A stretch of 64,000 bases of DNA from Gemmatimonadota bacterium (GTDB lineage Bacteria > Gemmatimonadota > Gemmatimonadetes > Palauibacterales > Palauibacteraceae), in the NCBI GenBank assembly GCA_039584815.1, contig JBDGXC010000017.1, forward strand, positions 285-64,284, written 5' to 3'. Made by a program: the position numbers and the translations under genes. Shown here one piece after another: positions 1 through 9,455 of the stretch; the first letter of the stretch is position 1, and each line of letters opens with the position of its first letter. The notes below the pieces were generated by a model. It made no database searches and was not told the DNA's origin. It saw only the letters and a program-made list of their open reading frames with translations.

Positions 1-1612
1 GTACTACGCCTCCGGCGTCGCGCCGGGAGCCGACTACCGGACGGCGGCCCGGGCTCGCTTCCACTCCGCGTCGGAAGCGACGGTGAAGTACGTGTTCGTC
101 ACTGGCCGGATGGATGAGAGCGCTTCGACGATGTACATGTTCGGCTTCGTGTATGCCGGCGTGAACCGGTGGGAGCTCAAGAAGATGGTCGGCGGGTCGG
201 AGACGTTGCTTGCAACGAGCGCGAGCGATCCGCCCACGGCGGGAGGAACGCAGCTGATCGACCTTCGGATGGAGGGCACCCTGATCCAGGGCTTCGTGGA
301 CGGCGCGCAGGTAGCCTCGGCCACGGACGGCAGCATCCCGGGTCCGGGCCGGGCAGGCTTGCGGATGCTGGGCGGCAACGGATCGGCGGCGGCGCTGCTG
401 GACTACGAGGCCACCACCCTCGATCTCGCTCCGCCGCCACCGTCGTTGACGGACCCGCCGACGGACCTGTCCGCAGTGGCCGGATCGTCGAGTTCGATCG
501 GCGTGACGTGGACGGACAATTCCGGCGAGACCGCATTTGAGATCGACCGGTGTCAGGGAGCCGGGTGCTCGAACTGGACGACGGTCGCGACGGTCGGGGC
601 GGACGTGACGGGCCACACGGACACGGGGCTCGCGGCCGAGACCGAGTTCTGTTACCGGGTGCGAGGTTTGCTGGACCCGACGCCCACCGCCTACTCGAAC
701 GTTGATTGCGCGACGACGCTCCCGGCCGGCGGAGGTGGGGTGCGGTTCGTGGATGACAGCTTCGAGGATACCGGCGGTACGACCCTGGCATCGCACACGG
801 GCGAGACGGGGGCCACGTGGACGCTTCACCCGCTCGCCCAGTGGGACGCGCTGTTCAGCGCGAGCGGCAGCGAGGTCTACTCCGATGTGCAGGCGGTCTA
901 CTACGCTTCGGGCGTCGCGCCGGGAACGGACTACCGGGCGGCTGGCCGAGCCCGCTTCCACTCCGCGTCGGATGTGACTGTGAATTACGTGTTCGTCACG
1001 GGCCGGATGGATGAAAGCGCTTCGACGATGTACATGTTCGGCTTCGTGTACGCCGGCGTGAACCGATGGGAGCTCAAGAAGATGGTCGGCGGGTCGGAGA
1101 CGCTTCTCGCCGCGAGCACGAACGATCTGCCCTCGGCGGGGGACACGCCACTGATCGACCTGCGAATGGAAGGTACGCTGATCCAGGGCTTCGTGGACGG
1201 CGTGCAGATCGCTTCGGCCACGGACGTCGGCATCACGGGTCCGGGCCGGGCAGGCTTGCGGATACTGGGCGGCGACGGCTCGTGGGCGGCGCTGATGGAC
1301 TTCGAGGCCACGACCCTCGACCTCGCTCCGCCGCCGCCGCCGCCGTCGACCGACCCGCCGACGAACCTGGTGGCGATCGCGCTGGTGAACGGGGACATTC
1401 GTCTCGCGTGGACGGACAATTCCGACGAGACCGCATTCGCGGTGGAACGTTGCCAGGGAACGAGCTGCACAGGGTTCGCGGAGATCGCCCAGACCGGCGC
1501 CGATGCGACCTCGTTCACGGACACGGGGCTGACGGCCGACACGGAGTACTGCTACCGCGTGCGCGGCCTTGTCGGCGCGACGCCTACCGCCTACTCGAAC
1601 GTGGACTGCGCC
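1..1612 (+). repeat. Intragenic tandem duplication, period 897 bp (299 aa)
   Basis: tactacgcctccggcgtcgcgccggga at 2 recurs as tactacgcttcgggcgtcgcgccggga at 899. The protein string YVFVTGRMDESASTMYMFGFVYAGVNRWELKKMVGGSETLLA is identical in both copies. Confidence 0.9.
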
Positions 1613-2581
1613 ATCTCACGGGAGTTCGTGGCCGGAAACTGCCCGGACACCGGAAACCACGACGACCTGTCCCAGCTCTGGGGAATCGCGGGGATTCGAG
1701 CGAACCAGAACCCCCGCTGGCTCGGCACCCAGGCGGGCGGCGACTGCGCCATCCAGGGACTGTACTTCGGTCTCGACTCGGGCGTGGACGGCGACCATCC
1801 TGACCTCAACGTCGTCGAAACGGTCGATTTCGTGGGCGACGGAAGCGGCGGCGAGGACCGACACGGGCACGGCACGCACACGGCCGGTTCCGCGACGGCG
1901 ATCGACGGCAACGGCGGAGTGGTCGGCGTGGCGCCGGGCGCGGCGGTGTACGGATTCAAGGTGTGCGACGATGACGGAAGCTGTCCCCTGTCGGCGATCC
2001 TGGCCGGCGTGGATGAAGTGACAGCCCGCAAGCAGGCCAACCCTGCGCAGCCGATGGTGGCAAACATGAGCATCGGCGGTGATCCCGAGCCGACGATGGA
2101 CGAGGCGATCCGGGCGTCCGTGAACTCGGGAGTCGTCTACGCGGTGGCCGCCGGGAACGGAATTCTGGGCATCTGCTTGTTCGCCGCAGATGCGGCCAAC
2201 GTTTCGCCGGCCCGCGTGGGAGACGACAACATCACGGGTAGCGGCGGATCGTCCGGAGACGACGCACCCATCAACGGGGCCATCACCACCACGTCGCACA
2301 ACTCGTCCAACGCGGACGTCAACTGCAACTACGGGGCGCCCGTGACCGTAGCCTCACCGGGTGAGGGCATATACTCGACGTATAAGGATGGTGGCTACAT
2401 CACCACGAGCGGTACCTCGATGGCCACGCCGCACACGGCGGGAGCGGCCCTGCTGTATCTGCAGGGCAACCCGACGGCCACGCCCGCCGAGGTGGAGGCG
2501 GCCATCGTAGGTCTCCTGCAGCCGTGGTCCACCGACGAGCAGCCCAGCGCCAGCGGGCGGCTGGATGTAGGAGACCTGTAG
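2..2581 (+). CDS. S8 (subtilisin-like) serine protease with N-terminal repeated beta-sandwich + fibronectin type III modules; 5' end outside window
   Basis: Frame is open from position 2 (YYASGVAPG...) into the 83..2581 ORF. Catalytic motifs LDSG, HGTHTAG, AAGN (oxyanion) and SGTSMATPH. FN3 signatures PTDLSA...W.DNS..E..F.I.R...YCYRVRG occur twice. Confidence 0.9.
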   Translation, partial: YYASGVAPGADYRTAARARFHSASEATVKYVFVTGRMDESASTMYMFGFVYAGVNRWELKKMVGGSETLLATSASDPPTAGGTQLIDLRMEGTLIQGFVDGAQVASATDGSIPGPGRAGLRMLGGNGSAAALLDYEATTLDLAPPPPSLTDPPTDLSAVAGSSSSIGVTWTDNSGETAFEIDRCQGAGCSNWTTVATVGADVTGHTDTGLAAETEFCYRVRGLLDPTPTAYSNVDCATTLPAGGGGVRFVDDSFEDTGGTTLASHTGETGATWTLHPLAQWDALFSASGSEVYSDVQAVYYASGVAPGTDYRAAGRARFHSASDVTVNYVFVTGRMDESASTMYMFGFVYAGVNRWELKKMVGGSETLLAASTNDLPSAGDTPLIDLRMEGTLIQGFVDGVQIASATDVGITGPGRAGLRILGGDGSWAALMDFEATTLDLAPPPPPPSTDPPTNLVAIALVNGDIRLAWTDNSDETAFAVERCQGTSCTGFAEIAQTGADATSFTDTGLTADTEYCYRVRGLVGATPTAYSNVDCAISREFVAGNCPDTGNHDDLSQLWGIAGIRANQNPRWLGTQAGGDCAIQGLYFGLDSGVDGDHPDLNVVETVDFVGDGSGGEDRHGHGTHTAGSATAIDGNGGVVGVAPGAAVYGFKVCDDDGSCPLSAILAGVDEVTARKQANPAQPMVANMSIGGDPEPTMDEAIRASVNSGVVYAVAAGNGILGICLFAADAANVSPARVGDDNITGSGGSSGDDAPINGAITTTSHNSSNADVNCNYGAPVTVASPGEGIYSTYKDGGYITTSGTSMATPHTAGAALLYLQGNPTATPAEVEAAIVGLLQPWSTDEQPSASGRLDVGDL

Positions 2582-2813
2582 GAGGCGCAGATCCGGATCG
2601 CCGGGTGGCCCTCTTCCGCACACAGTGGCAGCGGGCTTCCCGGCGTCTGACGACGACTACGACGCGCGCTTCCTGACCGGACCCGTGAGGTCTCTCTTCC
2701 GCCTTCGCCGACCCAGCGGTGCCGCCTTCCGGGTCGCGACGCTCTCTCGCTTCCACCTCCCGACAGCACGCTGAAACGCCTTCGAAAAGGGCGTTACGTA
2801 CAGGTGCTGAGAC

Positions 2814-2829
2814 TGGCCGGTCTCTTGCA
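2814..2829 (+). promoter_or_regulatory. Putative sigma54 (-24/-12) promoter of the terminase-like gene
   Basis: TGGCCGGTCTCTTGCA has GG-N10-GC spacing and a TTGCA -12 box matching TGGCAC-N5-TTGCA, 83 bp upstream of ATG 2913. Confidence 0.55.
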
Positions 2830-2912
2830 TCTCCTGTCCCTGCGCACGACGAACCGCCACACAAACGACAATCACGGATACTCGAAGCATCGGTGGGGAG
2901 ACCACGGAAGCG

Positions 2913-4412
2913 ATGAGCAAAGCACGCCGCAACGGACTGGATCGACTGGTTCCCGCCCTGGGGGATCCGTTGATGCAACAGCAATCTCAGAAAGAGCTTA
3001 CGGGACTGCAGGAGTACCGGGACGATCCCGTCGGATTCGCAAGAGACGTGCTGGGCGTGACGCTGTTCGACAAGCAGATCGAAGCGCTGGAGGCACTGAC
3101 CGGGCATCGGCGGGTGGAGTTGCACGGATGCAACGGTGCCGGGAAGGACTTCGCGCTCGGATGTGCCGTTCTGTGGTTCGTGTACACTCGTCCGGATGGT
3201 TGTGCGCTCATCCTCAGTGCCAACCGACGACAGATCGTCGAAGACAACTTCCAGCAGACCATCGGTCCGCTGTGGCAGGAGGCGGAGCTACCCGGCGATC
3301 TGTTCCCGCACGCTCTGCGTGTGGACGGACGAACCCGGCTGCTCGGCCTGACGTCCGCCGAATCGAGCATGCTCGCGGACCTGAAGGCTCCGGAGCTGTT
3401 CGTGGGGCTGGCGGAGGCGCAGGCCGTTGAGAGCCAGGGCTGGGAGGCTGCGGTCGCCTGCGCGTCAGGCTCCCGCGACATCATCTTCGCGGTGGCCAGT
3501 CCCATCGCCGCCGCCGGAGAGATCTTCAGGGCATTTCAGTCCCCCGACTGGCGCAGCATCGAGATCGGCGCCTTCGATCACCCGAACCTGCGTGAGAACC
3601 GGACGGTGATCTCCGGCGGGCCCACGCAGATGTTCGTCGAGGCCATGCGAACCATGTACAGGGCCAGTTCCCCGCTCTTCGAGGCGCGCGTGCTGGGCCG
3701 GTTTCCGGAGGAAGCGAAGTACGGATTGGTGCGCCGTGCGTGGCTCGAAGCGGCTGCGGAGCGGTTGGAATCAGGTGAGCTGGATGAGGAAGCGGAGCGG
3801 GTAGAGTCGATCCTGGGCATTGAAGTGGCCCGTTTCGGTCTCGATGCGACGTGTGTGGCGGCACGCCGCGGCCCGCTCCTCATCTCCCTCGAGAAGTGGT
3901 ATGGAGCCGACACCTCCGAGACGGTGAAACGAATTCTGGAGATCGCGGCACGTCACGGCATCGAACCGCACTGTGAAGACTGGGCCGGACGTTCGGTTCC
4001 CGCGAGCGGTTCGCTGATCGTGGACGAGGTCGTCATTCGGGGAGGCGCCCTGAACCTGCTCCGGGCCGCCGGCTGGAACGCCCAGCGCTTCCACCCCGCC
4101 CGCCGTGGCTTCACACCCGAGGACTTTTCGAACCGTCGCGCCGAGGCGTACTGGCACCTCCGCGGACTGCTGGAGCAGGGCCGCATCGGAGTGCCACGGG
4201 ACGAGGACCTGTGGCAGGAGCTCATGTCCACCGAGTGGAGCGTCGACGGGCATGGCAGGATCCAGATCGAGTCGAAGGCCGATGTGGCGGCCCGCCTGGG
4301 TCGAAGCCCGGACAAGGCCAACGCCGTAGCGCAGGCGTTCGCGATCGGCACGTTCGGGTGGATCGAGGCGTTCGGCCAGGCCTCGAGCCAGCGGATCGCC
4401 CAGTACGGATAG
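2913..4412 (+). CDS. Phage terminase large subunit homolog (ATPase + RNase H-like nuclease) with degenerate catalytic motifs
   Basis: YRDDPVGFARDVLG...Q adenine-binding region, Walker A-like GCNGAGKD, RVLGRFP linker, G(I)EVARFG.D, F.NRRAEAYW, and IESK...GRSPDKANA C-terminus. Confidence 0.8.
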   Translation: MSKARRNGLDRLVPALGDPLMQQQSQKELTGLQEYRDDPVGFARDVLGVTLFDKQIEALEALTGHRRVELHGCNGAGKDFALGCAVLWFVYTRPDGCALILSANRRQIVEDNFQQTIGPLWQEAELPGDLFPHALRVDGRTRLLGLTSAESSMLADLKAPELFVGLAEAQAVESQGWEAAVACASGSRDIIFAVASPIAAAGEIFRAFQSPDWRSIEIGAFDHPNLRENRTVISGGPTQMFVEAMRTMYRASSPLFEARVLGRFPEEAKYGLVRRAWLEAAAERLESGELDEEAERVESILGIEVARFGLDATCVAARRGPLLISLEKWYGADTSETVKRILEIAARHGIEPHCEDWAGRSVPASGSLIVDEVVIRGGALNLLRAAGWNAQRFHPARRGFTPEDFSNRRAEAYWHLRGLLEQGRIGVPRDEDLWQELMSTEWSVDGHGRIQIESKADVAARLGRSPDKANAVAQAFAIGTFGWIEAFGQASSQRIAQYG

Positions 4413-4592
4413 AGGCGGTGCCGGGGCGCGTCGCTATTGCGCGTGTGGTGGTTGGGCCTGCCGCCCTGTAAGGGGTCCCCGGTGCCGTCCACAACTCCAG
4501 ACTGACGAGCCGTTGCCGGTCCTGTCCTCCCGCATCTCTCCACTGCGCATCTCGGGCCTCCGGCTTTTCAGTACGTGAGGTGAGCCGTCTCG

Positions 4593-5180
4593 ATGGAGAT
4601 GGCTGGAATCCGGTATGGCTCGCGAACGGCCGGGGGTTGCGGGACGGCTCGCGAGTCCCTTCCTTCCAACCGGGCAACAAACCGAGCGGAAGAGGAAGCG
4701 AGCTTGATCGAGCGCGGCACACGGTTGGCGGAGCGAGTCGAGTGTCCGGCGCAGGGGTCCGGGACGGCGATCTGGCCAGGCCGGTCGTTGCGCCGGTGGC
4801 TGTACGCGTTTCTTGGCGTCCTGTCCGTGGGAGTCGGCTTTGTCGGGGTGTTCGTGCCGGGCCTTCCGACCACCATCTTCCTGATAGTAGCCTCCTATCT
4901 CTTCACGCGGAGCTGCCCGTGGCTTGAAGAGAAGCTCGTGCGGGCACCGATCTTCCGGCCCTACATGCGGTACCTCGACGGAGACCGGACGATGCCGTTG
5001 CGGGCACGGGTCGGAACGATCGCCACGATCTGGGTCGCGGTGAGCGCGAGCTGCGCGATCATGGCGTGGAGAGGTGCCTTGACTCCGACGTTCGCCGCGA
5101 TCGTGGGCGGCCTGGCGCTCGTCGGGTCGATCGTGGTGAGCGTGGTGTTCCGCGGCCATGCCACGGTCCGGCGCGGCTAG
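4593..5180 (+). CDS. YbaN/DUF454 family inner membrane protein (start uncertain)
   Basis: GVGFVGVFVPGLPTTIFLIVASYLFTRS.P.LE..L motif followed by hydrophobic helices. Confidence 0.8.
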   Translation: MEMAGIRYGSRTAGGCGTARESLPSNRATNRAEEEASLIERGTRLAERVECPAQGSGTAIWPGRSLRRWLYAFLGVLSVGVGFVGVFVPGLPTTIFLIVASYLFTRSCPWLEEKLVRAPIFRPYMRYLDGDRTMPLRARVGTIATIWVAVSASCAIMAWRGALTPTFAAIVGGLALVGSIVVSVVFRGHATVRRG

Positions 5181-5251
5181 ATCGCGAGGATGTCCCCGAG
5201 GTCCCGCCAGGTACACCGAGTCGGGGATGTCCGAGCTTCCTGCTGCTCCCG

Positions 5252-8152
5252 TCACATGCCGGCGTCGTACCGGAGCCGGAGCAGGACGAGGCGACCCAGC
5301 GTCGGCGCCCCTGGAAAGGCGCTATAGGCCGTGTCGAGTACGTTCTGCACGTCCAGTTGCAGCCACAGACCGGTGGCGCCGAAGCGGTGCCCCAGGTTGA
5401 GATCCACGACCCCGTAGCCCTCGACCTGTCCCGCGAACACGCCGGAGCTGGCGGGAAAGCTCTGTACGCCCCGCGCGCGCACGGTGCCGTGCCATCCTCG
5501 GGCCGCGTCCCGGTATCTGATGACGGCCGATCCCTTGAGTCCGGGCGCGTTCAGCGGTACGACCTCCGCGTCCGGGCCGGAGCCTGCGGGGAACCCGTCG
5601 TCGCTCACCCACGAAGCCGAGCCTTCGAGGCTCCAGCGATCGGATAGGAACCAGGCGAGCGAGAAGTCGACTCCGAACAAGTCGAACGAGGCCAGGTTTC
5701 GATCCGTCAGCACGATGGTCGCGCCGCTGCCGCCGGCCTGCTCAGGTGCCACAACGCCGAGCGGCACCTCCGCGATCAGCCTTGCCACCTCGGCTGCCGT
5801 CCGGAGCGCCGCCTCCTCATTCGGGAACTCGGTGCCGACCCGGGCCAGGAACTCATCGGCGAGGTAGGAGCCCAGCGATAGGCCGTCGAGAAAGACGTTG
5901 GGCGAGATCACGCGCAAGGAGGAGATGCGGTCGCTGACGTGGCTGTACCAGCCGCTGACCGATATCAGGACCCGCTCGTCCAGCAGTCCCTTGTAGCCGG
6001 TCTCGAGAGTGCTGGTGATCCCCGGTTCGAGTGGCGAGAGATCTTCGATTCCGGCGAGCCCTCCCGGCACCGGGACGAACGGTGGCTCACCCTCCGAAGC
6101 GTCCGGGCGAACGGCGCGTGCGACAACTGCCACCTGCGAGTCGTCGGGCGGCGGGAGCTCTGCAAGCAGCTGAGCCAACTCGGGGTCGATCTCGCCGGCC
6201 GCGGCCAGCACCTGACTTACCGCGACGCCCTCGCTCCACAGTACGGGCGCTGTCGTGGGGAGAAACTCACGGCTCGTGGATCCGATAAGCGGCGCGAACG
6301 GCGAGAGGTGCATGGGAACGTCGTCGGATCGGCGGAACGTGAACCCCGTGGCGCCCCCGCCCTGCGCCCGGATGTCGTACCGGAACGGTCCCCCGAGGGG
6401 CAGCGTCTCGCCGGAGAGATCGAGAAACAGCGAAATCGTGTTGGGCGTCGAGAAGGCGCGGTTGAATGTGAGCCGCAGGCTGTGACCGGGCCGCGGCCGG
6501 TACACGAGCGCGGCTCGCGGTGAGAGCACGGCATCGGCCAGGCGCGAGTTCTTGTCCAGGCGAGCGGCGAGCACCATCTCAAGCTGCCGCGAAAGCGAAG
6601 ATTCCCACTGTGCGTAGCCGCCCAGCTCGTTCACATCATCATCGTCCTCGTTCTGGCCGTTGATCGTTCCCTCGGTGACCGGAACGGTCCGCAGGAAGTC
6701 GATGCCGTACACCAGGCGATCGCGATTCCCGATCCGCGAACTGTTCTGCACCTGGCCCACCAGCAGGTGAGACCGATCCACGAGCCGCTTTCCGGACCGG
6801 AGGAGGTAGGAGTCGTCGTTGACGTTGCGGTTCACGAAGACCTGGGCGAACAGGTCCCGCCACTGCAGGCGAGCCTGCAAGTAGTCGTACGCCCAGTCGA
6901 CCACCTGCGCCGCACCGAGACCCGTCAGGTCCACGCTGTTTACCGCGGTGGCTCTGCCGCCGGCGAGCACGACGCGGGTGCGGGGGTTCAGCTGCCAATC
7001 CACTCGGGCGTCGAGGCTCCAGCGCTCCAGGTCCTCGTTCCGTCCCCCGGCCACGTTGGCGACCCTCCTCTCGAGCTCTGCCCGATCGGCAGGTTCCAGG
7101 AGGTCGAGCCCGTCCGCGAAGTTCAGGCAGTCCGGCTCCGTGAGCACGAGCCCGCCTTCCAGGCACGCGTCCGCCATCTCCTGCTGCCGCTCTTCCTCGG
7201 CGTCTCGATAGCGGTAGTCGCTTGCGGCGAAGTACTGTCCGGACAGCTTCAGCCCGATCGACCGGCTGACCCGCAGGGCCATCCGGCCCTCGAGGTGAGC
7301 CACCCCCTCATGGCTCGATTCCAGTCCCTGGCCGGAAACGGCTGGTTGGTGGCGGGTCCCACCGGCGGCGGAGAGGCTCACGCCGGGATCGTCGATCGGT
7401 GAGCGGGTCAACGAGTGGATGACTCCCTGTTCGACGTTCGGGCCGTACAGGGCCGAAGCCGGTCCGAGAACCACTTCTGTTCGGTCGAGATCGAGGCTGG
7501 TGATCGGGTTGAAGTAGGAGATGTTAGCCCGCAGCGAGGGAAGCCTCGCGATCCGGTTGTCCGTCAGGGTCAGCGTGGCACCGGAGAACAAGTTGTTGAA
7601 GCCCCGGACGACGACGTAGCTGCCCTGCAGCCCGGTCTGCATGAAGTCGACGCCCGTCTCATCCCGGGCGTGCTCCACCGTCGTGAGCGTGGGCCGCTCG
7701 CGGATCTGCTCCCGGTCGACGACCTCGATCGCGGCCGGGGCGTCAAGGGTCTTCTCGCTCGTGCGCGAGACGCTGACAGCCAGTGGGTTCAGCCGGAACG
7801 GGCGCTCCGACATCAGGATCGAGAGGCGTTGCTCTTGCCCCGCTGCCACCGTCAACACAGGCGCCGCGAGCGCTTCCCAGCCTGGGAGAGATACGCTGGA
7901 CCGATACGGCCCAGTGGGGAGTCCGTCGATCCGGAACGTGCCGGCCTGACCCGTGACCGCCTGCCGAACGCCTTCTCCCCCGGAGTGCGTCAACTCGACG
8001 AGAGCGAACGCCAACGGTGTTCCGGTGGCCGAATCGGCCACCGTCCCGAGGACGCTGCCCCCGGTCTGCGCCGCGAGTGGCGAAGGAGAGAGCGCGATCG
8101 CCAGGAGCCAAGCGACCCTGCTCGATCCGCGCCGGAAGGTGAACAGGCCCAT
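5252..8152 (-). CDS. TonB-dependent receptor with N-terminal carboxypeptidase-regulatory-like domain
   Basis: Signal peptide ending LAAQ; G.V.D..TG.PL..A.V domain; plug motifs VVRGFN and EVVLGPASALYG; C-terminal NVLD..Y...G....GR beta-barrel end. Confidence 0.92.
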   Translation of the reverse strand: MGLFTFRRGSSRVAWLLAIALSPSPLAAQTGGSVLGTVADSATGTPLAFALVELTHSGGEGVRQAVTGQAGTFRIDGLPTGPYRSSVSLPGWEALAAPVLTVAAGQEQRLSILMSERPFRLNPLAVSVSRTSEKTLDAPAAIEVVDREQIRERPTLTTVEHARDETGVDFMQTGLQGSYVVVRGFNNLFSGATLTLTDNRIARLPSLRANISYFNPITSLDLDRTEVVLGPASALYGPNVEQGVIHSLTRSPIDDPGVSLSAAGGTRHQPAVSGQGLESSHEGVAHLEGRMALRVSRSIGLKLSGQYFAASDYRYRDAEEERQQEMADACLEGGLVLTEPDCLNFADGLDLLEPADRAELERRVANVAGGRNEDLERWSLDARVDWQLNPRTRVVLAGGRATAVNSVDLTGLGAAQVVDWAYDYLQARLQWRDLFAQVFVNRNVNDDSYLLRSGKRLVDRSHLLVGQVQNSSRIGNRDRLVYGIDFLRTVPVTEGTINGQNEDDDDVNELGGYAQWESSLSRQLEMVLAARLDKNSRLADAVLSPRAALVYRPRPGHSLRLTFNRAFSTPNTISLFLDLSGETLPLGGPFRYDIRAQGGGATGFTFRRSDDVPMHLSPFAPLIGSTSREFLPTTAPVLWSEGVAVSQVLAAAGEIDPELAQLLAELPPPDDSQVAVVARAVRPDASEGEPPFVPVPGGLAGIEDLSPLEPGITSTLETGYKGLLDERVLISVSGWYSHVSDRISSLRVISPNVFLDGLSLGSYLADEFLARVGTEFPNEEAALRTAAEVARLIAEVPLGVVAPEQAGGSGATIVLTDRNLASFDLFGVDFSLAWFLSDRWSLEGSASWVSDDGFPAGSGPDAEVVPLNAPGLKGSAVIRYRDAARGWHGTVRARGVQSFPASSGVFAGQVEGYGVVDLNLGHRFGATGLWLQLDVQNVLDTAYSAFPGAPTLGRLVLLRLRYDAGM

Positions 8153-8351
8153 GATCGCCTCACGGTGCGGAGTCGTCGGATCCGGAACCGTTGAGGGGCA
8201 CCAGCCTAATATAGCGAGCGGAGACGTTCGACGCTCCCGCGTGACGTGCCCCGCGGGGGCGGTCCGGCCGGGTAGCTGATCGGTCGTCCCAGGTCGTGGT
8301 AACGCTTCTGGCCTTGACGATCGGTGTCACCGGAATCCTGGAGACCCCTAC

Positions 8352-8840
8352 ATGCGACACCCTTCACACCCTCTGAAGGTCTTGATCGCTCTCGCCTTCA
8401 GCCTCGCCTGCGCCGGCTCTGCGGGCGAGATCCGCCCGGGGCCGGACTCTGTCGCTCCCCCGGACGGGGAGATTGCCTCGTTTGTACCTCGACTCAACGA
8501 TCACCGGGAGGCGGTTGGATGCGATGCCCTCGTCTGGCACGCGGAGACCGCCGACGTAGCCCAGGCACACAGCCAGGACATGCAGGATCGCTCATTTTCT
8601 TCACACGTCAACCCGGACGGCGAGCTCCCGTGGGATCGGCTGGCGGCGGGAGGCGTGACCTGGAACGGACCCGCGGCAGAGAACATCGCACAGACGTCCG
8701 GAGGAGCCGAGTCCGCGCTCGAGAATTGGCTGGACAGCTCAGGCCACCGGGCCAACATAGAAAACTGCACGTTCACGCATCACGGAGTAGGCCTGACCGG
8801 CTCGTACTGGACGCACGTCTTCATCACGAACCCGGACTGA
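8352..8840 (+). CDS. CAP/SCP (cysteine-rich secretory) domain protein, probable lipoprotein
   Basis: Lipobox-like SLAC; LNDHR, AQAHSQDM, FSSH.NPDG, AENIA, WLDSSGHRANI and YWTHVF motifs. Confidence 0.88.
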   Translation: MRHPSHPLKVLIALAFSLACAGSAGEIRPGPDSVAPPDGEIASFVPRLNDHREAVGCDALVWHAETADVAQAHSQDMQDRSFSSHVNPDGELPWDRLAAGGVTWNGPAAENIAQTSGGAESALENWLDSSGHRANIENCTFTHHGVGLTGSYWTHVFITNPD

Positions 8841-8914
8841 GACCGGCTCCCCCGCCTCGGCGTGACTCGTTCGGTCCGGAGTTCGGTGCCACCGCTTCGA
8901 GGGGAGGGCTCGCT

Positions 8915-9358
8915 GTGGGAAAGCGCCGTCGTAAGGCTTCAGCCGGAGGCGATGCGAAGCGGAATTGGGTCGTGCCGGACGTGCTCGCGCTCGATGACAG
9001 GAGCCGCGAGGCCTGGCTCGACCTGCACGGGTACGCGACGGACACCGCCCTGTGGCTGGCCCGGGACGTGATCGAGACGGCCTGGGAGAGAGGGTGCCGG
9101 AGAGTCGTAATCGTCCACGGCGCGAAGCACGTGGAAACGCCTGGTGCTTCCGGGCGTACTGGCCGCGGACACACGAAATGGGCTCTACGGGAGGCCCTGC
9201 GCCGCGGCGAATTCCGGCGCTTTGCGCGCGCTCCGGGATCCGGGGATTCCGAGACTCGCGTTCTCGGCGATCGCATCCAGCTGTCGCTCAAGCCCAACCC
9301 GTCTCCCGATTCCGGCGCGGCGTGGCCGGCACCGCCGAACCGGGAGTACTCGGACTGA
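8915..9358 (+). CDS. Stand-alone Smr/MutS2 domain protein
   Basis: GTG 8915 preceded by GGGGAGG; LDLHG, IVHG and GRG motifs of Smr domains. Confidence 0.7.
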   Translation: MGKRRRKASAGGDAKRNWVVPDVLALDDRSREAWLDLHGYATDTALWLARDVIETAWERGCRRVVIVHGAKHVETPGASGRTGRGHTKWALREALRRGEFRRFARAPGSGDSETRVLGDRIQLSLKPNPSPDSGAAWPAPPNREYSD

Positions 9359-9455
9359 GGGCGCGACCCGTCCCGCCCAACTCGATCAGGCTCAGTTCCC
9401 GTCGCCGCCCTGCCGCAGTCGTGCGGCGGCCAGCCGTACCGCGGTGGTGCGGTGG

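Noticed and set aside
1-1612. Diversity-generating retroelement TR/VR pair
   Set aside because: Differences between the two copies are mostly third-position and not adenine-specific, both copies lie in one ORF, and no reverse transcriptase is in the window.
2582-5250. Prophage around the terminase-like gene
   Set aside because: No terS, portal, capsid, tail or integrase genes are visible; neighbours are ordinary envelope genes.
8153-8351. Cobalamin or other riboswitch before the TonB-dependent receptor
   Set aside because: No B12-box or other recognisable aptamer motif; short divergent promoter region.
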